Source: Octopus sinensis (Eukaryota). From it: a stretch of 64,000 bases of DNA. Positions within the stretch are counted from its first letter, which is position 1; every line of letters begins with the position of its first letter. Location of the stretch: assembly GCF_006345805.1 (NCBI RefSeq), contig NC_043010.1:56234001-56298000 (forward strand). Reading direction: 5' to 3'. Shown here in pieces: positions 53,681 through 64,000 of the stretch. Position numbers and translations under genes: made by a program. The notes beneath the pieces are model-generated. The model made no database searches. It saw nothing but the letters and a program-made list of their open reading frames with translations, and was not told the DNA's origin.

Positions 53681-56208
53681 GTCACTAGTCAAGAGGTGAC
53701 ACTAAGGATACTAAAATATTCAAATGCAAAACACTACCCCGGCATTGATTGGTTAAAAATAGAAAAAGAACAAGAAATATTAATGGACTTGATCCCACTA
53801 TGTTTCAATAATTAATACTACAAAATTAAACACATCCTTTACTAAGGATATCAATGTGATGTTCTTTTCATAATTCCAGCCCAGAAACAGCCGATAGAAT
53901 ATGGGACAATTTATTTCTGCTTTTCAACGAATTTAGATTCTTGATTATTGTTGAATCTAATGGAGTCAACTTTTTGTATGTTTTTCTATATCTTTCTCTA
54001 TTTCTCTTTTAAAAATTCCAAAGAATTTTTAAGCTGTATACATACATTTTTTTAGAACACTCTCAGAACATTAACAATCACGTCAGGAATAACCTTAGAT
54101 TCTCCGAGCTGCCCTTACATCAGCTAGGGTTGATTTTCAAGAGAAACTGTTTTATAATTATTCTACCTCTTAAAATATCGAAACTCTCACAAATCGAAAT
54201 AGAAAAAACAAATGCCAGTTATTGTAACTTGCCAGTCAGATTAAAGCCAGCCAAAATAGTAAAATCCTTCTTTAATTTATCCAGAACCCCTAGCTTCATC
54301 TAACTTACTTAACCTCAATTGACAATCTTATAGCAAGTATTGCTGTAATCACAACCGTAGCTCAAATATTTATTGCCATTGTACTAACCCTAGCACATAC
54401 GAGCGAGTGCTAAAAAGTTCCTGCCTTTAGTTAAAGGAAAATAAAGGAGGATCAGTTAATTATGATTTTAACTAACATGTCCCCCTCACAGATTCACTTT
54501 TCTAATCACGCTATAAGGACCACACCTATAGTTTTGGAAACCACAATAAAGGAATTGAAACTTCACTTCCAGAATCTATTTGAGATTTGAAAAATAAGAC
54601 TATTAACTTCACATTCAAGGGAGAAGTTTAAATCATATACCGGCAGCGAGAAACCCGGTAATTTAAGGACTCGCAACAATTTTGACAAAATTATCTTCTA
54701 AACACAATGAAAAGATTTCTTTTTGCAAAAATGCATTGGAAACTTTCTTCTACGACAAACCCAGAAACTTATTAAAGAGGAGGTAACAAGTTGGAAAGTT
54801 CGATTTCCTACCCAATTCCATTCACCCACCAACTTTTATAGGTGGTGGTCACAGATCTTTATTTTTACCTTGGTTGCACCGTTTTATATGGGTAAAAATA
54901 CATACATACATACATGCACACGCATCTGTCTGTGTGAACGTGTGTGTGTGTAAGGTGCATGACCTAGTGGGTAGAGTGTTGCACTCACGATCGCTAGATC
55001 GTGGGTTCGATTCCCAGACCGCCTGCACATTGTGTTCTTGAGCAAAACACTTCACTTTACACTCTTCGAGTCCTCTCAGATTCAAAAGGGTTGCCCTGCG
55101 ACCGACCATCCTTCCGGTCAGGGGTAATGTCGTCCTGCTCGCCCAGCCAACAGAGTGGCATCATTTGAAAAGTTAAAACAATGCAAAGCGCATTGTGACT
55201 AGTGATGTATATCAGCATCTGAGAGTCTGGTCGATACCGTGATACATATAACACACACACACACACACACAGCAGAACCTTTTTATTTTCGAACCCCTTT
55301 CATCTATTTCAAGCTATTTATTTACTCAATTTGGATGTTTTTCTTTTGCTCTCATCTCTGCCATGAACCCACAAATCAAAGCTCCTTATTTTACTCTGAG
55401 CTTTTCTCTTATATCCTCATTAAATTAATTTCATTAAAATTCTTTTCTAAAACTTTCTTACAAAGTTTTACATTTTTTAACATGTTCCCTTTTTTTCTCT
55501 TCTAACCTTTAACTTCTTAACGTTCATAATTTCTTGCCCTATTTTTCATCTTTCTCACATTTATTTTACTTTAATTTTAAATCCCTATAATAGATTTTTA
55601 TTGCATAATTATTTTTAATTTTAATTTTTTTTAAACATGGTTAGTTATTCGCTAATTTAATTATGTAATTATTCAATTATGCAATAACCTATTATTTCCT
55701 AGAAACCCCTAAAATTAACCCCTTTTAATTCTACACCACTTTTATTAATTATTTCTTTAATCCACACATTAATTCTTTAATTCTTTCAACTTTTAGTGAC
55801 CTCAAAATTTCACTCCGAATCCAGTCCTTCTTCCCCGCCACCTCGTGCCCCCCCCCTCTGAATTCACGGCTAACATTTTCTTTCACACAATTCCCCACTC
55901 TTCACTTATAAACTTTCGTATTTAACCCTACCTTTCGTCATGTAGCGTCCTCATTAACTAATTATTAAATATTCCTTCTTATTTCAACCCCTACAACCAG
56001 AAATACATTTACCCCTTCCCTACAAAACATTTATTTATCTCCTGACGCAAAAGATCTTTCACTGAACCCATTTTTGGTCCCACTTGCAAAACTTCATATT
56101 TCTTTCAACACCGGACACTGTTATGGCGACTCTGAAAGTAATTTCTGCAGCTTTCTATAGCTAAACAAAGTCCTCAGACACAGGATAGCAATTATATTAA
56201 ACGCTTTC

Positions 56209-56990
56209 TGACAGAACAGTGCATCGGACAAAATGTTTAGCGGCATTTCTTTCGATTTACGTTCTGAGTTCAGATGCAGCCGAGGTTGACGTTACTCTTC
56301 ATCCTTTCTGGGTCGATAAAATAAGTACCAGTTGCATACTGGGGTCGATGAAGTCGACCAGTTTCAGGGCAGAGCGTGTGTCGATTACCTCGACTCCAGT
56401 GTTCAACTGAAACTTATGTTGTCGACCCTAAAATGATTAATGGTTAAGTCGACCTCGGCGGTATTTGAACACAGAAAGTAAATCGGAAGAAATGTCGCTA
56501 CGCATCTTGTCCGGCGCGCTAACTATTCCGCTAGCACGCAATAATCGGTCAGCTGGCAGAATTGTTGGGGCGTCGGACAAAATGCTTTGCGGCATTTTAT
56601 CCGTCTTACGTTCTGAGTTCAATTCCCGGTGAAAATCGACTTTACCTTTCATCCTTTCCAGATAGAAAAATAAAATACCAGTTATGTACTGAGGTCGATG
56701 TATTCGACTTACCCACTCCCTGTAAAATTGCTGGCCTTGTACCAAAATTTGAAATAATGATTATTTTTATGAAAGTGGCAATCTGACAGAATCGCTAACA
56801 TGCCGGGCGAAATGCTTAGCGGTATTTCGCCCGTTTTACGTTCTGAGTCCAAATTCTACCTGGGGTCGACTTTGCCTCCCATCTTTTCGGGCTCATTGAA
56901 ATAAGTATTACTTGAACTCTGGGGTCCATGTAATCGAATACTCCTCTCCTCCAAAATTTGAGGCTTTGTGCCTATAGTAGAAAGGATAAT
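56209..56990. mobile_element. Cluster of four SINE-A copies (+ ~56209-56350, - ~56365-56530, + ~56550-56760, + ~56776-56990)
   Basis: Repeated cggacaaaatg.ttagcggcattt...ttacgttctgagttca...gtcgactttgcc..tcatccttt motifs. Confidence 0.8.
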
Positions 56991-57009
56991 AATAATAATA
57001 ATAATAATA

Positions 57010-57081
<72 letters not shown>

Positions 57082-57093
57082 GCTGTTATTATT

Positions 57094-57627
57094 GAGTGAA
57101 AGAGCAGTGCATGCCATCGAAGTGACACTGGAGAAAATATACGAAGCCCAGTATATCCATCATGACTACTCGTCTGATAAGGGTACACTAGGCACATGCA
57201 TCACAACCATATGTGCGCGACATGGTGATCTCATATCAAGATAAACAGCACATAACCTTGCAGGTGGGGTCCAGTTAGAATTTTCTTCTGGTCGAGTAAC
57301 CCATCCCGCTCAAAAGGTCCCTGAATAAAGGTTGTTTATGGATGTTCAATGAAACACATATGTTTCCAAAGGTGAATTATTCAAACCTCAAAAATTCCTT
57401 TCAACACATGGCTATGATGCTCCCCCACTACTTCTGCTTGTGGTCAGAGATGCACATATCGTCAGCCACTGAGGGACATGCTCAACTGGTTAAGGTCAAA
57501 CAACTGAAAAACAAATCTGTGGTATTGAGCAGAATATTTGCTGTAGCTCATCTTTTATACCAAGACAAAACAATGTACATGATAACATTTCCAATCAGTT
57601 AAGATCAGAAACCACGAGAGCTAGGGC

Positions 57628-57629
<2 letters not shown>
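57094..57629 (-). mobile_element. (TAA)n-inserted ~540-bp element, copy 2
   Basis: Reverse complement of 45961-46517 with a ~20-bp deletion near one end; (TTA)n on both sides. Confidence 0.8.
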
Positions 57630-57678
<49 letters not shown>

Positions 57679-59040
57679 TATTATTATTATTATTACTATT
57701 ATGTTTTACGCCAATCTAATTACGTAGTAGGATTTCATCATCACCACCATCATCCCCATCGAATGTTCCAGTTGATTTAATCAATGGAACAGCTGGCTCG
57801 TGAAATTAACGTACAAATGGTTGAGCACTCCACAAACACACGTATCCCTGAACGTAATTGTCAGGGAGATCCAGCGTGACACATGATGTGACAAAGTTGA
57901 TCCTTTGAATTAAGGTACAACTCAAAGTACCTTACTCAAGGACACAACACTGCCGACATTAATCGACACTAACCTCTTAGCCACGCGCTTTCACTTCACA
58001 CTCCGCAGCCAATTATTATTAGCCTCCATGTTGAATATATTTTAATTAAAACCTTGGGATTGTCTTCCCTGTCGTTTTGTCCCAGAATTAGTAATTTACT
58101 AAATTATTGTTTGCATTAACACTGTAATGGTAATTAATATATCCTGACTAATTATGTTAACTCTGTTCACCACCACCCGCCACCAAAGACCATTATAATT
58201 AAAATTATTTACTTCTTTATCTTATAAATGAAATATTGTTATCAAGGCTTTATATTTACAATTTCAAATTGTGTTTATCACGTTTTTATAAAACAAAACA
58301 ATTATTCCTTTGGCACATTTAGATGGAGTAGTGACGCATTAATGTGCCGCAGTGCACCATTTGAGGCCTATTACATTAGAGACAGTGTATTTTTTTAAAT
58401 TTCTATTGAAGAGATGAAAGGACGGCATCAGCTGCCCTACTAGACATCGTCTTGGTTCTGTCTCATAGAAACAGCGACCTGACGGATATTTGAGGTCTTA
58501 ACAACAACAGTAACAACAACATCAACAATAGTTCAACAGACAGTAGTATTACTTTCAAATTCTGACATCAGTTTGTAGGTCAACAAGGTCCATCTTACAA
58601 AAACCTACGACCCAGTTTCGAATCACGTGACTACTCTTTTTTATTTTTCTAATTTTTTGTTTGTCTTTTTGCTTTTGCAGTAAACTGTCAACAAAATTGA
58701 AACTGTGAAACAACATCGTCATGGGAAGTCTTAAACCTATAAAATCTACAAACACACGCACACATCCAGACATACTCATCCACACGCACATATACACACG
58801 CACACATCGACACACACACACACATCCACACACACACACACAGTTGACAAGTGAACACATGTAACAACGTGAAGTGTTTGTTATGGGACGACATCTGTGA
58901 AATAATAGAATTATTTCAAATGAGGAGAAGTGAGTCAGCTGAAATAGCACCAACCCATTGCCTTTTCAAGATAAACATTATCAACAATGAACAAACGTAT
59001 TGAGTGAGTCAAAGTAGGTTCTCTGTTACTTCGCTTGCAG

Positions 59041-59140
59041 AAATGTTTGAGCATGTTTTGTCTCGGCAAGATTTCGAACGAACAGAAACGACCTCCTCCG
59101 ATCATGAGGGTTATAGAATGAAGTCCCTATTTAAGGAGAG
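59041..59140 (+). CDS. Candidate exon (xMFEHVLSRQDFERTETTSSDHEGYRMKSLFKE)
   Basis: Acceptor ttctctgttacttcgcttgcAG, donor ag/GTGAGG; open phase-1 frame; unique sequence. Confidence 0.4.
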
Positions 59141-59163
59141 GTGAGGGAACTAATAGAGTCCAG

Positions 59164-59200
<37 letters not shown>

Positions 59201-59487
59201 GGTGTCATACACAAAATGACAATTTCTCCACTCACCCACACCCCACACACCCTTACCTGTAAAACCAGCCCTGGCAGTATTTACTATACCACTAATACCG
59301 CCACTCCGAACTACTACCATTACTACTACCACCACCACTTCTACCATATTTTGGTTTCAAATTTTTGGCACAAGACCAACAATCTTGAGGGAGGGGGTAA
59401 GTCAATTACATCGACCCCCAGTACGTACTACGGACGAAATGTTTAGCAGCATTTTGTCCGGCATGCTAACTATTCTACCAACTCTTT

Positions 59488-59519
<32 letters not shown>

Positions 59520-60116
59520 GCTACTGCTGCTGCTGCTGCTGCTGCTATTGATAATAATATCACATTTCTGTGTGTGTATGTTCTGAACTCCTGCCCCACA
59601 TCAGACTACCCCAACGGTATACCGTCCCCAATTTCATACACTCCCTCAATTCTACCAACTCCTTCCGATTCTACCAATCCCCTCCAACTTGACCAACTCT
59701 CTGATCTCTGCTTACCATGCCTTCCCCTGCTGTCGCTTCCAATTACCAGGACCATTGGCAACCAATATTTCCAACAAACCCTCACCTTTCTCTTCTTCCT
59801 CTTCTCCTTCCCTGATGCTCTCCATAAACCCTTTTAGGCCGTATACAATCCTTTAACTTCTGCCATCTTCTTTCACAATTGTTCACATTTCCCGTGCATC
59901 CACCATAACTGAATATGTACACCATTACCTTCAGCAATATTTCCTTTGTTCTCTCTTACACTTCTTTATGTAATTTCCTCTGCTAGCACCATAGCAACCA
60001 TTCCATTATTTTCTAACAATTATATTTCAGCCTCTTCCAATTCTATCAAACTTAGATCCGAAAGACCCACATCCGACGACTACCTTCATTATCTGGTCCT
60101 TAATCGGAAATTCCAT

Positions 60117-60175
<59 letters not shown>

Positions 60176-60320
60176 GTATAAGGATATAATGTGTATCATA
60201 CTGGATAGCGGTGTTTGCTGGAATAGAGGCGACAAAGGTACTATGTATTGGGAAATATGTGCTACTATATACTCGATACTATATAGCACGGGAGACTCTA
60301 GTGGAAGTGTTGTTGTTGTT

Positions 60321-60366
<46 letters not shown>

Positions 60367-60544
60367 GAAAGAATGTGTGTGTATGTATATGCTATCTAAA
60401 TGAGTTGATGTGTGTGTACTGACGGGTAATCAGTTCAATAGTGCAGTGTAGGTGTGCGGATAGTAAAAGTTAAGTGATCAGTGAGAATATAAGCGACATG
60501 TAGTGTGTAAATATGTGAAGGACGGGTTTAGATGAAAAAGATTG

Positions 60545-60990
60545 GAGAATTTAGACCGTGAGGGACTGAAGTACGGAGAGAAAAAATTAATTCCTGATCT
60601 AGACGGAGACAGGAGTCCGCGTGGCCTCTATGCAAAGCCAGTCCGAAGACCGACAGATGTTACAGGAAAAGCCAGTCGAGCAGAAATGGCGCGCGATCCA
60701 GATATCTGTACCGAGTCTGATGTTCTGAAGATGTTCAGCAAAATGGTCAGCCAGACGTCGACTAGTTTGTCCAATATACGGGGAGTGGCAAAGAGAGCAG
60801 ATGATGCAGTAAATTAGATTATTGAAAGTACAAGTAAAGAAGTCGGTGATATAGTAGGTGCGGTCGTGGGTACAGGTCATAACGGTGGTATGAGAGGAGA
60901 AAGGGGCAGATGCGGCAGCGTGAGATGAGCACAAAGGACAGTGCCAGGCTGAGTACCGAGAGTGGAGAAAGAGCTACGAACCAGGAGATA
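60545..60990 (-). mobile_element. Penelope-like element GIY-YIG endonuclease region (pseudogenised)
   Basis: LVRS..GT..C..CRICP linker; FTCTFNNLIYCIICSLCHSPYIGQTSRRLADHFAEHLQNIR..IARHF; QELIFSLRTSVPHGLN. Confidence 0.9.
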
Positions 60991-61739
60991 ATGGACATTG
61001 AATAAACTAGCCAACGCTGAAGCCTCTACATGATCGCTTGATCTATTAACAATAGCAGCCAAGTCTTCCTCAAACCGTCCAAAACTATCATAAATTAAAA
61101 GGACATACTGCATAATCATATATTCTATACTCGATCAGGGCCAATATTCTAACAAACAACAAGAATCTAATCAAAAACAGCCTTAATCTAAACTCCCCAA
61201 ATATGGCGGTGTATCGCAACATGTCGTCTCAACATGTTCCCTTTGCGTTATACAAGCTAAAGAAGACGGCAACACACTGAGCATACTTATCACCAACAGA
61301 TGTATAGATTAGGCTGGTTGTAATATATAATCTATGTTATATGAACGAGGGCTGTGGGTGTGTGTGGGGGGGATACACTCGAGGATGTATATAAAACGAG
61401 ATGTGATTACAAGGAAGGATGTTTGTATTAAGTTTGCTAAAATATGAGAAGAAATTAATTTTAAGTGTTTACTAATTAATGCTATGAAGGGGCAGGTATA
61501 GGCTTTCGCGTAGGACATGTGTGTGGGTGTGCGTGCGTGTATACATACAGACACATATATGTAAATACATACTGAATAAATTTATTTATGGGTGTGTATT
61601 ATCAACATACGTATTCGTTGAATTTGGTTCAATAGAAGGAGATTCTTTTCAAACGTAGTATTCAATACATGATAAAAATGTGCAGTTTTCTATTTTCTAT
61701 TTAAGACTCACAACAATCCTTTCAACATTTTAATGTAAT

Positions 61740-62101
61740 TTCAGGTGCCATAGAAAATACGTTACGCGGTTGAAACTATTATAGCTGTATATGAATGCGT
61801 GTCGGGAACAGAAAGAACAGTTGGAAGTTGATCTGGACCATTTTTTGAAGGTCTTCACTGGTGATGAAAGCTGGTGCTACAGAATTTGCAGATGTAGTAG
61901 AGATGAGGGAAAACGCAACGGTGACGTTAAAAGGCAGCACTTTGCAAGAGTTCCAGTACTGCTTCAAATAATGGTAAACACATCTGGACTGATGCATTGC
62001 TTCAAATGGAGAATACTTTGAAGGCGATAAAAGTGTAAACGTGTAAAACTAAGTGAATAAAATAACATTGCAAAATTCCAGTTTCTCTTGGATACCACCT
62101 C

Positions 62102-62104
<3 letters not shown>
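61740..62104 (+). mobile_element. Internally deleted mariner, 3' part with right TIR
   Basis: FLKVFTGDESWCY; CIASNGEYFEGDK C-terminus; terminus ...accacctcg|TA. Confidence 0.8.
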
Positions 62105-62131
<27 letters not shown>

Positions 62132-62135
<4 letters not shown>

Positions 62136-62426
62136 ATCAAAATAAAAACATGATGCGAAGGATTCAGCGGTACATATGTTTCGGGCCTTTATTAGACAGA
62201 TTTATAACAATGCATAATGTATGTCTGTGGCCTTCTTCAGCCGCGGCTGAAGAAGGCCACAGACATACATTATGCATTGTTATAAATCTGTCTAATAAAG
62301 GCCCGAAACATATGTACCGCTGAATCCTTCGCATCATGTTTTTATTTTGATCAATTTACTCCACCACCTACACCACCAAACGGTATACACAGGTGCTTAT
62401 AATTATCAAGTACTCACCCCGAATTT

Positions 62427-62430
<4 letters not shown>
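62132..62430. mobile_element. Fold-back unit: perfect 224-bp palindrome (62132-62355) plus a 75-bp extension, between (TA)n tracts
   Basis: 112-bp arms are exact reverse complements with no spacer (centre ...cagccg|cggctg...). Confidence 0.85.
62243..62320 (+). ncRNA. Type I hammerhead ribozyme motif (mirror copy on - strand at 62167-62244)
   Basis: Stem I GCGG/CCGC; CTGAAGA (62247-53); stem II aGGCC...GGCCc with ~41-nt insert; GAAA (62305-08); palindromic stem III ACATATGT; GUA cleavage after 62316. Confidence 0.75.
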
Positions 62431-62468
<38 letters not shown>

Positions 62469-64000
62469 GTGTGTGTGTGTGGTGTGTGTGTGTGTATACA
62501 TGTATGTATGCATGTATATATGTATGTGTGTGTGTGTGTGCGTGTGTGTGTAAATGCATCCGACGGACTGGCCCATAGTTTCCGTCCAACAAATTGCCCT
62601 CACAAATCACTGATCAACGAAGGTGTGAAGCAGAAGACCCTTGTCCAGTGAGTTACTGTGCCGTGGTATGGAACCCGGGATCAGGTAGACTCAAAAGAAT
62701 CTTCTTAACCAAACACTATTATATTCCTTGCAGCCATATTTCAGTTAACAAATTCGTTTCTATTTAATAACAAAGAGACCGACCGACAGACAGACAAACG
62801 GACGGACAGACGTACACAAGGACGGACAGACGGTCGGGAACGATGGACACACAGGCAGACAGACGGACGGACGAATAGACAGACAGTCAAGCAGGTAAGG
62901 AGGGAGGAAGGAAGGGGGTATTTGGGTAGGTAAGCCCTGAGCCTGTCGGGTAATCTACTTCGCTCTCAATGTACCCTGGCCCAAGAATGCCTCCCTCAAT
63001 CCGACTCCACCCGATTCAGTAACTCTTCTGATGAAATCCCAATCGTTATTAACAACAAAAGTGGTGCCACCCCTGTAACAGTAAACGGGTAATATCCGGA
63101 TGGATTAACTGGGTTTTTGATGGAACGGATTCTCTTCTATGTTTTGTGAAATGATTCCAGAACTTGAGGCAAAATAGATCTATTGCTGTTTAACCTTAGG
63201 TCAGCTCTGTCAGACAGACCTGATCAAGGCTACTCCAGTCGTGACCATCCTGTCTTTATGTGGAGAAGGGATTACAATGCTATCGTTCTTTTCATTAAAA
63301 GTGGTGAGATGTAATTTGAGGGAAAATTATTATTTCTAGTAGAACAGTGGCCACGTGGAGGATCCGTCTTTGATTCTGAGATAAAACAATAAGTATCACG
63401 AGGAGATTGTTGTAGTTGTTGTTGTTGTTGTTCAGCCGTCCTTCAGAAATAATTAAAGTCACTCCATCTGAGACCATCCTCTCTTATTTTTTCAACCATA
63501 ACGTACAATGTGATGTTCTTTTCTTTTTAAGACGTTAGGGTGTTGTTTGAGGATGTATTGGTTGCTATTTCTGGTTAAGCAACCTCATATTGTTGACTCA
63601 CCTGGTACACGTCTCCACATCGAACCTAGAACCTGGACACAAATATTTATCCATCGATGTCAAATATTTCGGTGTGTCCGTGTGTCGTACACAACCATCC
63701 ATTAAATATTATAAATGTATAACAATATAAATCAACTGTTAAAGTAATTAGCATCTGGTGGGGAAGGGCAGTGAGACAAGATTTTATTTAATTATTCAAT
63801 TGGTGTCAGTCATTTGTCTGCGGCCATGCTGGATCACCCACTTTTCACTTCATTATCTCAGCCTCAACGTACACACACACATGCATGTTTTATTAAATAC
63901 ACGTTTATATTTAAGTTTTGTCTTTTTTGTTGTATATTTTTAATATTATTAACTTTTTTTATTGTTGTTAAAATGTATCTGCAATAAACTGCTAATACTT

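Noticed and set aside
55290-56100. G-poor, AT-rich strand-biased tract (also ~22900-23500) suggesting a NUMT
   Set aside because: No mitochondrial protein, rRNA or tRNA motif could be recognised.

Overview
Eukaryotic, extremely microsatellite- and transposon-rich, mostly intronic/intergenic DNA. The SINE/LINE/microsatellite landscape looks like an Octopus (coleoid cephalopod) genome; this is inferred from repeat content, not a database result. Almost all supplied ORFs are microsatellite read-throughs. Supported content: decayed LINEs (L1/Tx1, CR1/L2-group, RTE, R4/Dong), Penelope-like (PLE) GIY-YIG remnants, Tc1/mariner, pogo, piggyBac, Merlin-like and Helitron-type DNA elements, at least three tRNA-derived SINE families, a few candidate host exons and a candidate promoter plus signal-peptide first exon (~35.1 kb). 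The most notable signal is a set of short non-coding units carrying type I hammerhead ribozyme motifs (5.36, 6.9-7.2, 7.3-7.5, 41.9, 42.3 and 62.1-62.4 kb), mostly with self-complementary stem III and lodged in or next to (TA)n/(CA)n tracts. Three are back-to-back fold-back pairs, one a perfect 224-bp zero-spacer palindrome. Together they suggest a diverse non-autonomous Penelope/retrozyme-like ribozyme-element system. All calls were made by eye; no searches or folding programs were run.
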